DNA of 53,321 bases from Chiloscyllium plagiosum (GCF_004010195.1 NC_057718.1:8269552-8322872); one strand, 5' to 3'; counted from the stretch's first letter, positions 26,111 to 39,071 are shown. Numbers and translations are program-made. The notes: generated by a model from the letters alone, not told the origin.

Positions 26111-27173
26111 GGAGCTGAAAATGTTTTGCTGGAAAAGCGCAGCAGGTAAGGCAGCATCCAAGGAGCAGGAGAATCGACGTTTCGGGCATGAGCCTTCTTC
26201 AGGAATGAGGAGAGTGTGCCAAGCAGGCTAAGATAAAAGGTAGGGAGGAGGGACTTGGGGAAGGGGGGTTGGAAATGCGATAGGTGGAAGGAGGTCAAGG
26301 TGAGGGTGATAGGCCGGAGTGGGGATGGGTGCGGAGAGGTCAGGAAGAAGATTGCAAGTTAGGAAGGTGGTGCTGAGTTCGAGGGTTAGGACTGAGACAC
26401 GGGGGGGGGAGGGGAAATGAGGAAACTGGAGAAATCTGAGTTCATCCCTTGTGGTTGGAGNNNNNNNNNNNNNNNNNNNNNNNNNNNNNNNNNNNNNNNN
26501 NNNNNNNNNNNNNNNNNNNNNNNNNNNNNNNNNNNNNNNNNNNNNNNNNNNNNNNNNNNNNNNNNNNNNNNNNNNNNNNNNNNNNNNNNNNNNNNNNNNN
26601 NNNNNNNNNNNNNNNNNNNNNNNNNNNNNNNNNNNNNNNNNNNNNNNNNNNNNNNNNNNNNNNNNNNNNNNNNNNNNNNNNNNNNNNNNNNNNNNNNNNN
26701 NNNNNNNNNNNNNNNNNNNNNNNNNNNNNNNNNNNNNNNNNNNNNNNNNNNNNNNNNNNNNNNNNNNNNNNNNNNNNNNNNNNNNNNNNNNNNNNNNNNN
26801 NNNNNNNNNNNNNNNNNNNNNNNNNNNNNNNNNNNNNNNNNNNNNNNNNNNNNNNNNNNNNNNNNNNNNNNNNNNNNNNNNNNNNNNNNNNNNNNNNNNN
26901 NNNNNNNNNNNNNNNNNNNNNNNNNNNNNNNNNNNNNNNNNNNNNNNNNNNNNNNNNNNNNNNNNNNNNNNNNNNNNNNNNNNNNNNNNNNNNNNNNNNN
27001 NNNNNNNNNNNNNNNNNNNNNNNNNNNNNNNNNNNNNNNTTCCTCATTCCTGAAGAAGGGCTCATGCCTGAAACGTCGATTCTCCTGCTCCTTGGATGCT
27101 GCCTGACCTGCTACGCTTTTCCAGCAACACATTTTCAGCTCTGATCTCCAGCGTCTGCAGTCCTCACTTTCTC
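26111..27173. mobile_element. PLE insertion with inverted terminal-repeat arrangement spanning the assembly gap
   Basis: Minus-strand PLE 3' end (LQPQGMNSDF plus repeat) left of the gap and plus-strand repeat right of it. TSD cttatttcttataatc (26095-26110) / cttatttcttacaatc (27174-27189). Hammerhead motifs at 26176-26202 (-) and 27050-27077 (+). Confidence 0.85.
26461..27039. other. Assembly gap (579 N)
   Basis: Run of N. Confidence 1.
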
Positions 27174-27549
27174 CTTATTTCTTACAATCCCTAAAGGTAA
27201 ATGGTTCATTTGGCTTCAGGCTACTTTGGTCACTAAAAGACTTTCTCATATGCATCAGATTTGGGCAGAAAGTCTTTTTAGTGTTTGCTGCTGTTTACTC
27301 TTCAACCTAGATTACAGACATACTGCGAGACAATCCATGTAGCGCCCTGTAACAGTGCACTTACATTGAAGTGTTGGTCATGTACATTCCACACATTGTT
27401 GCGCACAGTGTCAAAACTAAGTGCAGTGAAGTGGGGTGTGAACAATGGGTACTGTTTAATTTGTGTCCCGCTACAGCTTCAGAGCTAGGTCTCAGGTCAC
27501 TGTCACTCCTTGCTTACATTGATCCACCCTTCATAAACAACAGAATCTT

Positions 27550-27920
27550 ACAGTAGAAGCAGCAATCATTCAGCCCATTGCGCTTGTACTGAATTTTTGA
27601 AAGAACACTCCAATTAAGCCCAGTGTCTCAGTTCTTTCCCTATTCCTCTGCAAATGTTTCATTCTCAAGTGTGCATTCAATTCCTTTTAAGTTACTATTA
27701 AATCTTCTCCCATCCTTTCAGGTTGTGCATTCCAGATCTTAACAGTTTGCATGCAAAATTAAATTCTCATTGATGCTATACCTTTTTAGGAGATTATCTT
27801 AAATTTGTCCTCTCTGGTTACCAAACCATGTGCCACTGGAAACAGATTCCCCTTTATTTCATCTATGAAAATACTTCTTAAATGAAAATAATTTTTAAAT
27901 GCTGGCATTAAATCTTTTGT
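27550..27920 (-). mobile_element. Degraded CR1 3' end
   Basis: cattcagccc, ggttgtgcattccagatc and ctctctggtt..ccactggaaacag resemble reverse CR1 tails. Confidence 0.55.
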
Positions 27921-29888
27921 TAGGCGTCTATGCATTTATATCAGAACGGTGCTAGAAGTTCAAAAGTGCGAACTATGATTCACGCTTCTGAGATGAATGT
28001 GAGCACGCAAGCTTATTTTGCACAGCAAATTAATTGGAGACCTTGTTAAAGCTTCTAAAAACATCAGAAATGAAAACTGTTTCAAAGGCCATTTCTGGGA
28101 ACCCTGCAGGGAATCTGAGCCCTGTGGGAAGGGCATAACTGAGTGAACACTTCTTTCTCTTTTAGTCCCTCTCATTAACTTATACACTCCAGAGTTCACA
28201 CTCTCCATGCAACATTAAAAACAGTTTTCTCTTTCCTCCCGTTTAAACTATACAAGGAGCCATAAAAAGTCTGTAAATTAATGTAAAATTTAGAAACCTG
28301 GATTTAGTTACAGCAGATTGAAGGAGCCAAGTAATACGTCTTGCTCATAAAAATGTGGACTGTGCTCATTAACTGGGATTCCGTGCTGTAAATAAATTGT
28401 TCCATCAATGAATCCCTCCCCCTTTCTAAGCAACATCCCACCAACTAAATTTTCAGCCTTGTCTTTGGCCATGCTGGACTTAATTTTCACAGAAACACAC
28501 TTCTGTTCACCAACATTTCCCTTTTACGTATCTTCCTGCACTACTTTTACCAAGGTGGCAGATGGTTTGGCCACCTTGATCCCTCTCTCTGGAATTCTCT
28601 CACTAACTTCATTCTGCTTCTACTTTACCTTCCAACACCTACCTATTCTCCTCATTTCCAGCTTTCAACATGGCTCAGGTTACGCACTTGCATTCTCCTC
28701 TCTTCCACATGAAGCACTTTGGATGATTCTTTGCACTCAAAAGTATTGCATAAGTGCAAATAGTCATTTTCATTCTATCAACCACACCAACAGCATCAGA
28801 AGTTAAGATGCACAGGTTGATTCAGTCAGTACTTCACTGTTTTAAAAGATATAGCAGGCTGTCTTCTAAAAACCTGACTCTAGATTGTAGTCTAGTTTCA
28901 CTGGACTAATATTGGTATCAGCAACAACTTGTGCACCACAATCAAATGCCCAAAATGCTTCACATGCAGCAATGAGCCATATCTATTCTTCCTCTCTTCA
29001 AAAATCAATCATGTTAAAAAAAGTTGAAAACATGTTAGCAATCATTTTTAATTGTTGGTGATGCAACATCATCACAGAATAATGTACTGCTGTAGCAGTA
29101 TGGTTTGGACTTAATTCCCCAAACTCTTCAAGTTCTCAATCTTGACGTTATAACTGTGAAGGGACAACACTTATAGAGCTGTCTCCTATGCCTACCTTCA
29201 AGTCACTGCTGAGAAAAATATGACCACAGATCACTTATTTAGTCACCAGACAAGGTTTGGACCAACTGCAAGTGTGGGATCCCTAGGGACTTTTGGAAAC
29301 GGAGGCAGAATCAAGTTCTCACAGCAGTGCAATGCAGAAAAAAAAATGAACTCGAGGCCTTTTACTTTGCTGTCAGAAAATTCTCTCTTCTCATCAATGC
29401 CCATTCAACAGAAGATATAACTTTTTTCCTTGTGACACTATTCTTCATATCAGACTCAAGATCAGCTGGCATATCTCATCAAGTAGCTCTCTAAGAATTT
29501 TCTGCATATGCCTAAATCCATAGACAAGTTGTTCGTGAAAATGATACAAATTGGATTTGGATGCACAGGTGATCGAATCCTTGAGAACCCAAGATATCTC
29601 CTCCTTGTTACATGCACATCTCAGACAGAGAGAGAGGACGAAACATCCGTTACTGCTGGTACTCAGACTGGTAGAAGAGACCATTCATTTTCCTACACAA
29701 ATAAAAACTTGAAACTACGCATTTCTTACAACTCTTACGGCTATATACGTTACTTATGGGCAATGACTTTACAAGTCTTGGAAGAAAAGCTGCAGCTGGC
29801 TTCTTCCAAATATTGGAATATTGCACCACTTACTATGCCATGTTGTATAATTTTTTTTCTTTCTGAAATAACGTATCAGTGGACTCAC

Positions 29889-30016
29889 TTGTGAAATCTT
29901 CCCGCACGATCTTCAGTGTCTGCGTAGAGGAACATCTTATAGGCATAGTTCTCAATGTGGGCATTCCCCACCACATCCTGCGTAATGGATTCATTGTCAC
30001 CCAATTGCTTCTTCAT
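29889..30016 (-). CDS. vta1: vta1 coding exon (equivalent to exon 3), 128 nt
   Basis: tttttttggtctccctttcag|ATG AAG AAG...TTT CAC AA|gtgagt translates MKKQLGDNESITQDVVGNAHIENYAYKMFLYADTEDRAGRFH(K). Phase 0 start matches the upstream exon; recognisable VTA1 MIT region. Confidence 0.97.
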
Positions 30017-31199
30017 CTGAAAGGGAGACCAAAAAAAAAGCGACAGGCTTTAATATCACAACAGCAGTTTTTTTTCAGGTACAATTGCATTTTCTTGACA
30101 GTGAGGTGAAGAGCTTTGGGTGGAAAGGTTTTTGGCTCAGTGATTTGAAGCGAAATGTTTCCTTCCAGCAAGTTACAAAAATATAAATTGCTTGGTGTTA
30201 CATTAGCACTGATCCCTAATTTACCTAGTATTCCCTCTAATTCTCAATAACTACATGACCTTGGCCTTGCACCATGTCCAAAAGGATTGCTATTTATTAC
30301 TGAGTGGCAGAAGATATCATTCAATGAGCATGATTAATTATGAACGGATGTGGCATGACGTTTGGATCCAAATATGCTATTAGACTCATAATTTTTGAAT
30401 GGATTGAAACCTGACTGTGCAAAGACCATAAATTGCAAGCTCCACCAGGAGTCCTTAAAATTCTGGTGAAGTTTAACAGCCTGTAAAAGTAGCCCTTCTG
30501 AGCTTTATAAGGACTCCAACAGGAGGTGAGATAGGGAATCGTATTTCAGAGCCTGCCTTGGAAGTGGTACTTTCAAGTAGGAGGTAAGGCTGACATTTTC
30601 CATGTAGTTACAATTAAACTTTTTATTTGAAAGCAAAGCTCTCGCATAAACCAGTGTTAAACCATAAGTGACTTCGCAATAAAATGGTAGAATTAGCAAA
30701 ACAACTACAATGCTATATATCTTATGTAACCATTGCATTTCATCACAACAAAAGGGAACTTTTGCATAAATAACTATACTTATGAGGTTTCAATCTTTGA
30801 ATGGTGCTAATTGAGAAATGCTGTATGTTTCTGTATATTGTTTGAAAGATCTTCTTTGAAATAATCACAAGCTTACAGAAAGTATTTCAGAAGACATTGC
30901 AGGATTCAAGCATGTACTTTTGAGACCTTCAGAACTCAAAGGATCCATATTGCTTGACAGTATATATTTCAAAGCTCCCAGCCGAGTTAAATGCAACAAC
31001 TTCTAACAAGCCCTATTGCCAAAAACTCAAATTTCTTATCTTTTGAATGATAAAAGCCGCTGGTGAATTGTACCACAATAGTAAACAATACCATTCTGTT
31101 AGGAGGGAATTTGAGACAGGACATGAAGCAGATGTATTAGAATTGCTCTGTTGGGCTGGAAAAGGGGAAAACAATATTAGAGTTCCCGCTTCTAGTGGA

Positions 31200-31390
31200 G
31201 AAGCAAAACACTGCAGAAGCTGGAAATTGGAAATAAAAATAGAAAATTCTGGAACTATTCAGCAACAGTGGAAAGAGAACAGGATTTAACGCTGAAAGTC
31301 ATGCTAACAAAAGGTCATCCACCTGAAACATTAACTGTCTTCATTCTCTGCAGCTTCTGACCAATCTTGCATATTTCTGACTTCTTCTGC
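31200..31390. mobile_element. Old PLE terminal-repeat remnant with inverted arrangement
   Basis: Minus-oriented repeat (actgcagaagctggaaat..) followed by a plus-oriented decayed motif (aaaggtcatccacctgaaacattaac). Confidence 0.45.
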
Positions 31391-32507
31391 TTATCCAATT
31401 CAGTACAGCTACCCAGTCACTCTTTCTGGATTGAAATGTACATATAGATATTGAGTGAAGAGAGATCTGCACTTGAATTCAACTGCACTTCAACAACCTA
31501 CAAACACGGAGATGTAATCAAGGATTGTCTATAAATGAATTGAGGGAAGCAGTATTTCATCTGATCAGGGCATTAATGACGAAAACTTGTTGAGAATTGA
31601 AAATGAAATGGTCACTAAATGATTTGAAAGGAAAATCTTCATGGAACATCCAGAACAGAAGAACTTTAAAAATGACCAAAAATATTTAACACAACTGCAA
31701 GTTTCTTGCAATAATGCAATATTGGGTGATACAGGCATGAAATCTCAATAGCTGCCTTCACAAGGTTAAAGACATAATTTCACTGAATGATGGCTTGGCA
31801 CCTTTATCCTATTTGGAGAAAAGTAATTGAATGATTAACAGATCTTTGAACTTGCTCTCTCGGATCCTATTAAGTGTTCGGTGTGGTTGGGCTGGCTATA
31901 TGCAACCAGCTTGAAGAAGGAACAGTGCCTAAACCTTCTCCTTGGCAATTAAAAAAAAACAGAAACATATTGTTAATGGGCAGGTTACCAATCATAACAA
32001 TCAGGGATTCAGGAAAACTACCCACTGAGGCGAGATATTTAGACCTGGAAATAATAGAAAACTGACTTGGCACAGGCTCCTCCAGCCTGTCATCAGTATT
32101 CTAATATTCCTTCAGTCAATAAGGTGTTGCAATAGCAAATCCAAATATAAGCAATGAAAGATAAGCGAAAGTTGGATTCCACTTCACAGAAACTGAGCCT
32201 CAATGTCTCCTTAGAACAAAATTATAATTCTAACTGAAAAGTGTTGACTCAATTTCACGTTTTTTTCTCTCCTCATCTGTGCGTTAGTCAGGTGCAATTT
32301 AAGTGCAAGACATTTTATCGCTCAAAAAGCAACTTCCAGATTGTCATGGTGCAATAAAGTGACTTGTGAGATAATGAGGGAGACTTGAAAATCTGAGAGC
32401 ACCAGATTTTCTCTGTTTACAAAACAAAAGGACGCAGTACTGACAATTTCACTGCAGCCCTTCCGATTTAATTTCGAAATTATAACATGCCTTCACTCAT
32501 GCTGGAA

Positions 32508-32955
32508 TTAGTTGCAAACTCTCCAGATTGTCCAGAAGTTTCCAGGATTAAAAATTAATCATTGTGAACAACAACTGGAAGAAAAACAAATCGCACAGTT
32601 AAAGTGCATATTTTTTCCATTTACTTTGAACACTTTTGTCTATTTGTTATATAAAAAATTAGGAGATTGGTGAGGGGCAAGAGAAAAAAGATGGTTTGAT
32701 TTGACAGTCAAGAATCACTAAGTTAAAAGGGTGTTGCCTTCCAAATGGTTTGGGAAAGATGTGCAGCACAGGGATGAATTTGTTGGGTGCCCAATATTCA
32801 ATGGTAATCACATTAGCTTTATGCAAAAGCCTGTCAGTTGGAAACAGGGCAGAAACACAGTCAGAAATCTGCAAAAATAACAAGATTGTGCAGATAGGGC
32901 AATTGGGGACACGTGGTAAGATCTCCAGGAATGAGGCCAAGCAAAGTCAACGTGC
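32508..32955. mobile_element. Degraded non-autonomous DNA transposon (possibly hAT-like)
   Basis: Starts agttgcaaactctccag (AGGGTTGCCAAC-type TIR remnant), with (t/c)tccagga motifs near both ends. Recognised from memory; TSD not seen. Confidence 0.4.
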
Positions 32956-33884
32956 CATCTGGATTATAGGTTCAAGAATTGGAACGGGATTCAAAGCCAT
33001 ATGCCTTCAGTTCAGACGAGCAAAACCACCAACTGAACCAAGCAAACATTCTACTATTGGTAACGCTTTAACAAATGAAGTAGGCTCTCAAATGGGCCAT
33101 TTTCTTGCACTCCACCACTTTAAATTTGATGCTGATGCAGAAAAAAAACAACCAATTCATGGGTATAGACTATGGTGGAGCAGTGCCAAGGAAATTGTTG
33201 AACTCAGTGTCATATGCAAACCCCATTTCTTCTTTATTTCCTGCTCGAGAGGAGTGAGTCACGGAACACACTGTCCCTTTTGGATTACAAGGTACCCTTA
33301 ACTGTGAGACCATTGGACAAAATTAGCACTAGCTTGCCTGGGTTGATAACACTTGGGGCAGTCAAATCTGAACAAAAAACAGGCGGGAAATGACAAAAAA
33401 ATGAGAGAGACCCTGGTGACTTTTGAACTCCTTGCAATAAATTCAACTGATACTCACGTATCTTCCTTGGCTAAGCAGGTCTCATTTCAGACTGTAGGTG
33501 GAATTATTTGGTGAGGAGGGATGGGAAGAAATAAATAAAAAAGGTGGAACAAATAAAATCCTACTCAACAGGAGAAAACTCATCTCAAAGCTTATTTAGA
33601 CTAGTCTGCTTGATTGGTACCACATAAACTCAAGAAAAATGAAGAACTGTTTGCAGTGGTTGAAGAGGACAGCTCCACCACCACCTACTCAAGGGCAACT
33701 AAGGATTGCCCACAATTGCTGGCCGAGCCAGCTGGGCCCACATCCTGTGAATGAATTAAACAAACAAGCTGAACAGAGCCAGTAGGAGGCAGCTCTTAGA
33801 AGAACTGAATTTTTTTGGAGTGAGTGACATTTCTATCTCATTCATACCACAGTGGGGTACAAACAACCAGGCATTTTTATTTTT

Positions 33885-34443
33885 CAATTTATTCTTCCTT
33901 TATTCTTTCATGGAATATGCAATCACTGGCAAGGCCAAAATTTATTGTTCACCCCTAATCGCTCTTGAATTGAAGCAAAATGCTGCAGGTGTTAGAAATC
34001 TGAAACAAAGAAAATTCTGGAGGAGCTCAGCACATCTGGCAGCATGAGTGGAGAGAGAAACAGATTTAGCAGTTCAAGTCCACTATGTCTCTTCTTCAGA
34101 ACCCAGCTGAGATGCTGCCAGACCTGCTGAATTTCTCCTGCACTCCGTTTGTTCTTAAATTGAGTTGCTTCCTAGAAGCAACCACATCACTATGAATCTG
34201 CAATCACATGGAGAGCAAGGGTGACAGATTACCTTCTCTGTGGCACATTGTTGTAAAGATCCATCTGGTTTACAATCAGTGATAGTTCCATGGTCACCAT
34301 TTCAGAGACTAGCTTTACATTCCAGATTCGACCAATTTCATTTTAATTCCATCAGCGGCTGAGGTGGCATTTGAATCCTCAGCCCCAGTGCATTTGCTTG
34401 GATTAACCAGTTCCGTGATATGAATGGGGGAGCACCATCTCCC
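33885..34443 (-). mobile_element. Older tRNA-derived SINE sharing its 3' tail with the old CR1/L2-clade LINE; interrupted by a PLE fragment
   Basis: Minus strand B-box-like ggattcaaatgcc and tail aacaataaattttggccttgccagtgattgcatattccatgaaagaataa, similar to the LINE 3' ends at 8480 and 20050. Confidence 0.6.
33974..34152. mobile_element. PLE terminal-repeat fragment with inverted arm and 11-bp TSD
   Basis: TSD tcttgaattga (33963-33973) / tcttaaattga (34153-34163). Inverted arms tcagcacatctggcagcat / atgctgccagacctgctga. Confidence 0.7.
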
Positions 34444-34549
34444 CTAAGTGGAGTACTGCAAGCAATAAGCAGGCAATAAAGCTAAAGAAAAGGACATCAA
34501 TGCAAGAGTGGAATGGAGAAGAATGAGAAGCAAATCAGTGCAAGATAAG

Positions 34550-35097
34550 TACAGAATCATTGAATGGTCACAGTATAGGAAGTCACTAACTCTGCCATGT
34601 CTGTTAAGGAGCAATTCACCTCATGCTACTCGGCAGCCTTTTCTTTGTGACCTGACACATCCTTCTTTATCAGATATTGAACCTGACATCCTCTTGAAAA
34701 CCCTGATTGAATCTGCTTCAACCATACTTTCAGAAAGTGCAGTCTAGACCCTAAACACTCGCTGTATGAAGATGTTTCATGCTGCCATTGTTCCTTTTGC
34801 CAATTGCCTGAAATTCCTGTCTTCTGGTTCTTGATTATTCCACCAGTGGGAATAATACTTTCTTAACTACTGAGTCTAGACCCCTTATGTTTTTGAATAT
34901 GTCCATCAAGTCTCCTCTTCAAGATTCTCTTCTGCAAGAAGGATAGTTCCAACTTCTCCAATTATCCAATAATGGAAGGTCTTCTTCAATGGGACCATTC
35001 TAGTCAACTTTTCTGCAGTCTCTCTATTGTCTTCGCATCCTTCCTAATGTGCAGCACCCAGAACTGCACACAATCCTCCAGTTGAGGCTGAACCAGT
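34550..35097 (-). mobile_element. CR1 LINE 3' fragment
   Basis: cccagaactgcacacaatcctccag (reverse of LEDCVQFW) plus CR1 3' motifs. Confidence 0.7.
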
Positions 35098-36379
35098 GAG
35101 CCATATCAGAAAAAGCATGCATGCATTTTAAAAGTGTTTTGATGCAAGAGTGTAGTCTATGGAGAACTTTATAAGTGAAGGACTTAACAGATTGTGATTT
35201 TTTTTAAAATGCATGGATTGTTTCCTAGAATCGAACAGCTCTGAATCAAGTTCTGAGTTGGTTCTTAGTCAGAACTATAGCTGTATTTAATGAAAGTTCT
35301 GCAGTAAAGATTCAAGGACAATGACAATGAGACATCACCATTGGGGTAAGAAATTTTGACAAGTCAAAGAAATCAAAATATCAGCCACTATTCTTAAATA
35401 TTTATCCTCCAAAATCAGAAGGTATGTTCAGCAGAATAATTCACTCGTTTGAGAAGCATTTCAAAACCAGTACTCTATCTAGTTGAATATATTATGAGCA
35501 TATTCGAATAGGTTGTTGCAGAGGACAACAATCTAGCTCTTTTCAATGCAGACATTGTATTTTGTTTTCTGCTCAAATGTCAAGATTATTCCACTGTTGG
35601 CAGCAATGCTTCAGATTCCTGGGGTACTAAAACTTACAAGAATGTGTATCAACAGCTTAGGAAAGATCTCTACTTTATTATATCCATTGACAGCTTATTC
35701 CAGATAACTACTATGTGCACTTTCAGCAGCCTGTTAATTTGTAGGTACAGAAATTCCAATACAGCACAGGTGCACTTCTTGGTTTTCAAAGAGATGTTAA
35801 GTTCTCACTGGCATACATCGTTTATTAATAAACACAGCAGCGCATGTGAATCTGAGACATGCAGACTCGAGTGACCCTGGGTTTAAGGACAGCTCTGAGG
35901 TAAGACTGTAGCTATTAGCCAGGAGTGAAATATGAGTACAGCTGTTCAACTCATCATTCTGAGGTTGTGGAGGTGCTTTGTGAGGGGTGAGGAGGAAGAA
36001 TCCACAAAAGGTTCTCACTCCAAATTATCACCCTGCAACACCTTTGCCAGAAAGCTGCATTTGTGAATTTGCCAGAAAAAGAGACCCTATTTCTATGGTT
36101 GGCTTGAATGAAGTTGTCAAGGAGGTAATGTTCCCATTGCTCCAACTTACCCAGCGAAAGACCAATTCAGTGGGGTCTTTGCACAAGTGGCCATTCTTAT
36201 GTGAACCCATTTTATCAAACTTGCCCTGCCATTCGGTACAATCATGGCAAATCTTCAACCCCACTTTTCTGCCTGCTATTTGTACCACTCAATTTCCAGA
36301 AACACCAAAAGCATGATTGGCCCATCCTTAAATGTGTTAAATGATAGAGCATCTGGTGTCAAAAATTCCAAAGTGACAC

Positions 36380-37420
36380 AAACATTTGAGTGATCAATTT
36401 CATTTGCTTAAGTGCTACATCAAAGCTTACCGTGGAAAACAAATGTTCATGGTGGAGTGGGGAACATATTGACATGGTTAGAAGATTGGCTTGCTAATAT
36501 GGATCAAAAAGTTGGCATAAGGGAGTCATTTTCAGGCTGGCAAGTTGCAGCAAGTGATGTGCCACAATGATCTATGATCAGGAGCAGACCTCAATTGCTT
36601 ACAATTATGTAAGTAACTTGGATGAAGGGATGGAGGATAGGGTTGCCAAATTTTCTGAAGACACAAAGAAAAATAGGAAACTTAGTTACGATAAGGACTT
36701 AAAGAGGCTTCAAAATGATATTGATCCGTTAAGTGGGCGGCACGGTGGCACAGTGGTTAGCACTGCTGCCTCACAGCGCCTGAGACCCGGGTTCAATTCC
36801 CGCCTCAGGCGACTGACTGTGTGGAGTTTGCACGTTCTCCCCGTGTCTGCGTGGGTTTCCTCCGAGTGCTCCGGTTTCCTCCCACAGTCCAAAAGATGTG
36901 CAGGGTCAGGTGAATTGGCCATGCTAAATTGCCCGTAGTGTTAGGTAACGGGTAAATGTAGGGGTATGGGTGGGTTTCGCTTTGGCGGGTCGGTGTGGAC
37001 TTGTTGGGCCGAAGGGCCTGTTTCCACACTGTAATGTAATCTAAGTGAGTGGACATAGATCTGGCAAATGGCCTGAAATGGGGTTAATGTCGAAAATCCA
37101 CTTTTTCAGGAAGAAGAAAGAAAACATATCATCTAAACGGTGAGACATTGCAGATGCAGAGGGATCTAGGTGCCCTGCTTGAGGGTCAAAGTAACGAGGA
37201 AATTGAGTTGACATTTAAACAGATGAAGACATTATTGAGGATTGGCCGTCTTTGGAACTCTCTTCTTCATAAGGAGGCAGAAGCAAAGTCCTTGAATATT
37301 TTTAAAGGAAAATATAGACTCTTGTCAGGTTATCAGGGATAGTTGGAAACACAGAGGAAGCTACGACCAGATTAGCCACGATCGTATTCATTGGTTGAGT
37401 AGACTCAAGAGGCTTAATGG
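36380..37420 (+). mobile_element. CR1 LINE RT fragment interrupted by HE1
   Basis: WLEDWLAN, NLDEGMEDRVAKFSEDTK and LQNDIDPLS|EW..WQM continue across the SINE. Confidence 0.8.
36736..37041 (+). mobile_element. Full-length young HE1 SINE with 6-bp TSD
   Basis: A-box tggcacagtgg, B-box ggttcaattcc, V-domain and tail gtaatgtaatc. TSD taagtg at 36730-36735 and 37042-37047. Confidence 0.95.
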
Positions 37421-37765
37421 ACAAGAGGAAAGAGTAGGTCATATGAAATAATTGCTTCTCGTCACAGCGCTAAATGATCAGCCTTATAACCTCATGGCTG
37501 TCCCTTGTATTTAAGGTCCACTGAACAGCAGTAGCAATTTTGCCCTGATCCTCTCACGTCTTTTATGTTTCGGTAGAATCAACACTCATTCTTTTAATTT
37601 TCAGAGAATTAGGCTCCATTTACTCAGCCTCTCAATAGATGACAGCATCCATGGCCCAGAAACATGGGCCTCCTCCAACTCAAGAATTTCATTCCTTAAA
37701 TATACCGATCAAAACATTTCCAAACAAAAATCTACACTACGTCAGAAAGCAAACCAAGCATACAG

Positions 37766-38745
37766 AAATGAATTTGGTTGGCTGGGGATGGCTATGAAAG
37801 CATTTCCGAATGGAAGAAACTGAATGAGATGCTCAAACACAACCTGGTCCAGTCTACACATGTCAGTAGAGTGAGAATTCCCAAATGGGAATCCCGAGTC
37901 AGGAAGAGTAAGCTCAGTATTGGGGATCTTGTGGTATAGGATCTTATGAAGTACACTTTGTCAAAAACTACGAACCAAACTGGGCATCAAGTTTAGGATC
38001 AAACCTCTGTGATTTAGTACCTCATGCATTTCATGAATTTTACCAGTGGAAAGCAAATACGACAGGACAAACTAGTGAACCAGAAGGACATAACCATTTT
38101 TTAAAAAACTGATATCTACGCATCAAATTCGGCAACAAAAGACTTTGGATTTTATTGTAAATCTGTTCTACCTTTCCATTCTGGATTCTTTCCCTGACCA
38201 GAAGCCCAACCTCCCACCACAGGCAGTGTGAAAGAACACAGCATTTTATTTAAAGCAATCAGTTCTGGTGTATTACGACAACTCATAAGCAAGGGCCTTG
38301 AACCTGCGTCTAATACATCCAAAACCAAAAACTCCAAAATGAAATGATCGAAAGACATAAATCTGCACTAATTAATTTCCAGTAAAATGCAGCCACCATT
38401 GTATCATAAGGAAATGCAATGGCAAATTTGTACATGGCAAGGTCCCATAAACAGCCATGCAAGTGTAATGTTAAAAGATTAAATTGTACTATCTCTCTGG
38501 GCATTCATGTAAAGGGTTAAACTGTCCTGTCTTTCTCCAAGAGCTGAACATTCTGGAAGTGGGTAGGGGTGACATCCTGTGTCTCAGAGAGCATGCAGAA
38601 ATGTGGATGACTATCCATTGTAATTCACACGGAGTTTGCGCAGCCATTTACAACTATTTTACTGCTGTTATCAAATTATACTCTCATTCAGTTTCTTCCA
38701 TTCGGAAATGCTTTCATAGCCATCCCCAGCTAACCAAATTCATTT
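37766..38745. repeat. 64-bp inverted repeat pair (37766-37829 / 38682-38745)
   Basis: 63/64 identical as reverse complements. Confidence 0.95.
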
Positions 38746-39071
38746 GCGTGATCATCCCCCGATATTGAAGCATATCACATCTACATTGTCTTGGGGAATC
38801 ACAGAGTCAGGAAATCATTTGCACAACGATTCCCCACGATGAGTGCATTTACATTATCTCCGAGGATGACCTCATCTGACCACTGTACCTGGGGTAACAT
38901 AGTTATGGGGAGGAGTGCCCAGAGTATCTGTGAGCCTTACCAACTGACCAGTGTAAAGGGAATGGTTTTTTTTATACGAGGTCTCTTTGATTGACTTGAC
39001 TTCACACGCCTGCAAAGAGTGTCAAAGGGGTCTCCTAGCTTGTACAGGCTTTAATAAACTTTAACTTTATA

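Noticed and set aside
26386..27144. Long ORFs of 200-248 aa in the ORF track
   Set aside because: Artefacts of the N run.
32750..33301. 183-aa ORF
   Set aside because: No recognisable domain, non-ATG start, and it overlaps a degraded repeat.
36736..36810. tRNA gene
   Set aside because: The A/B boxes belong to the HE1 SINE head; the same applies to the other copies.
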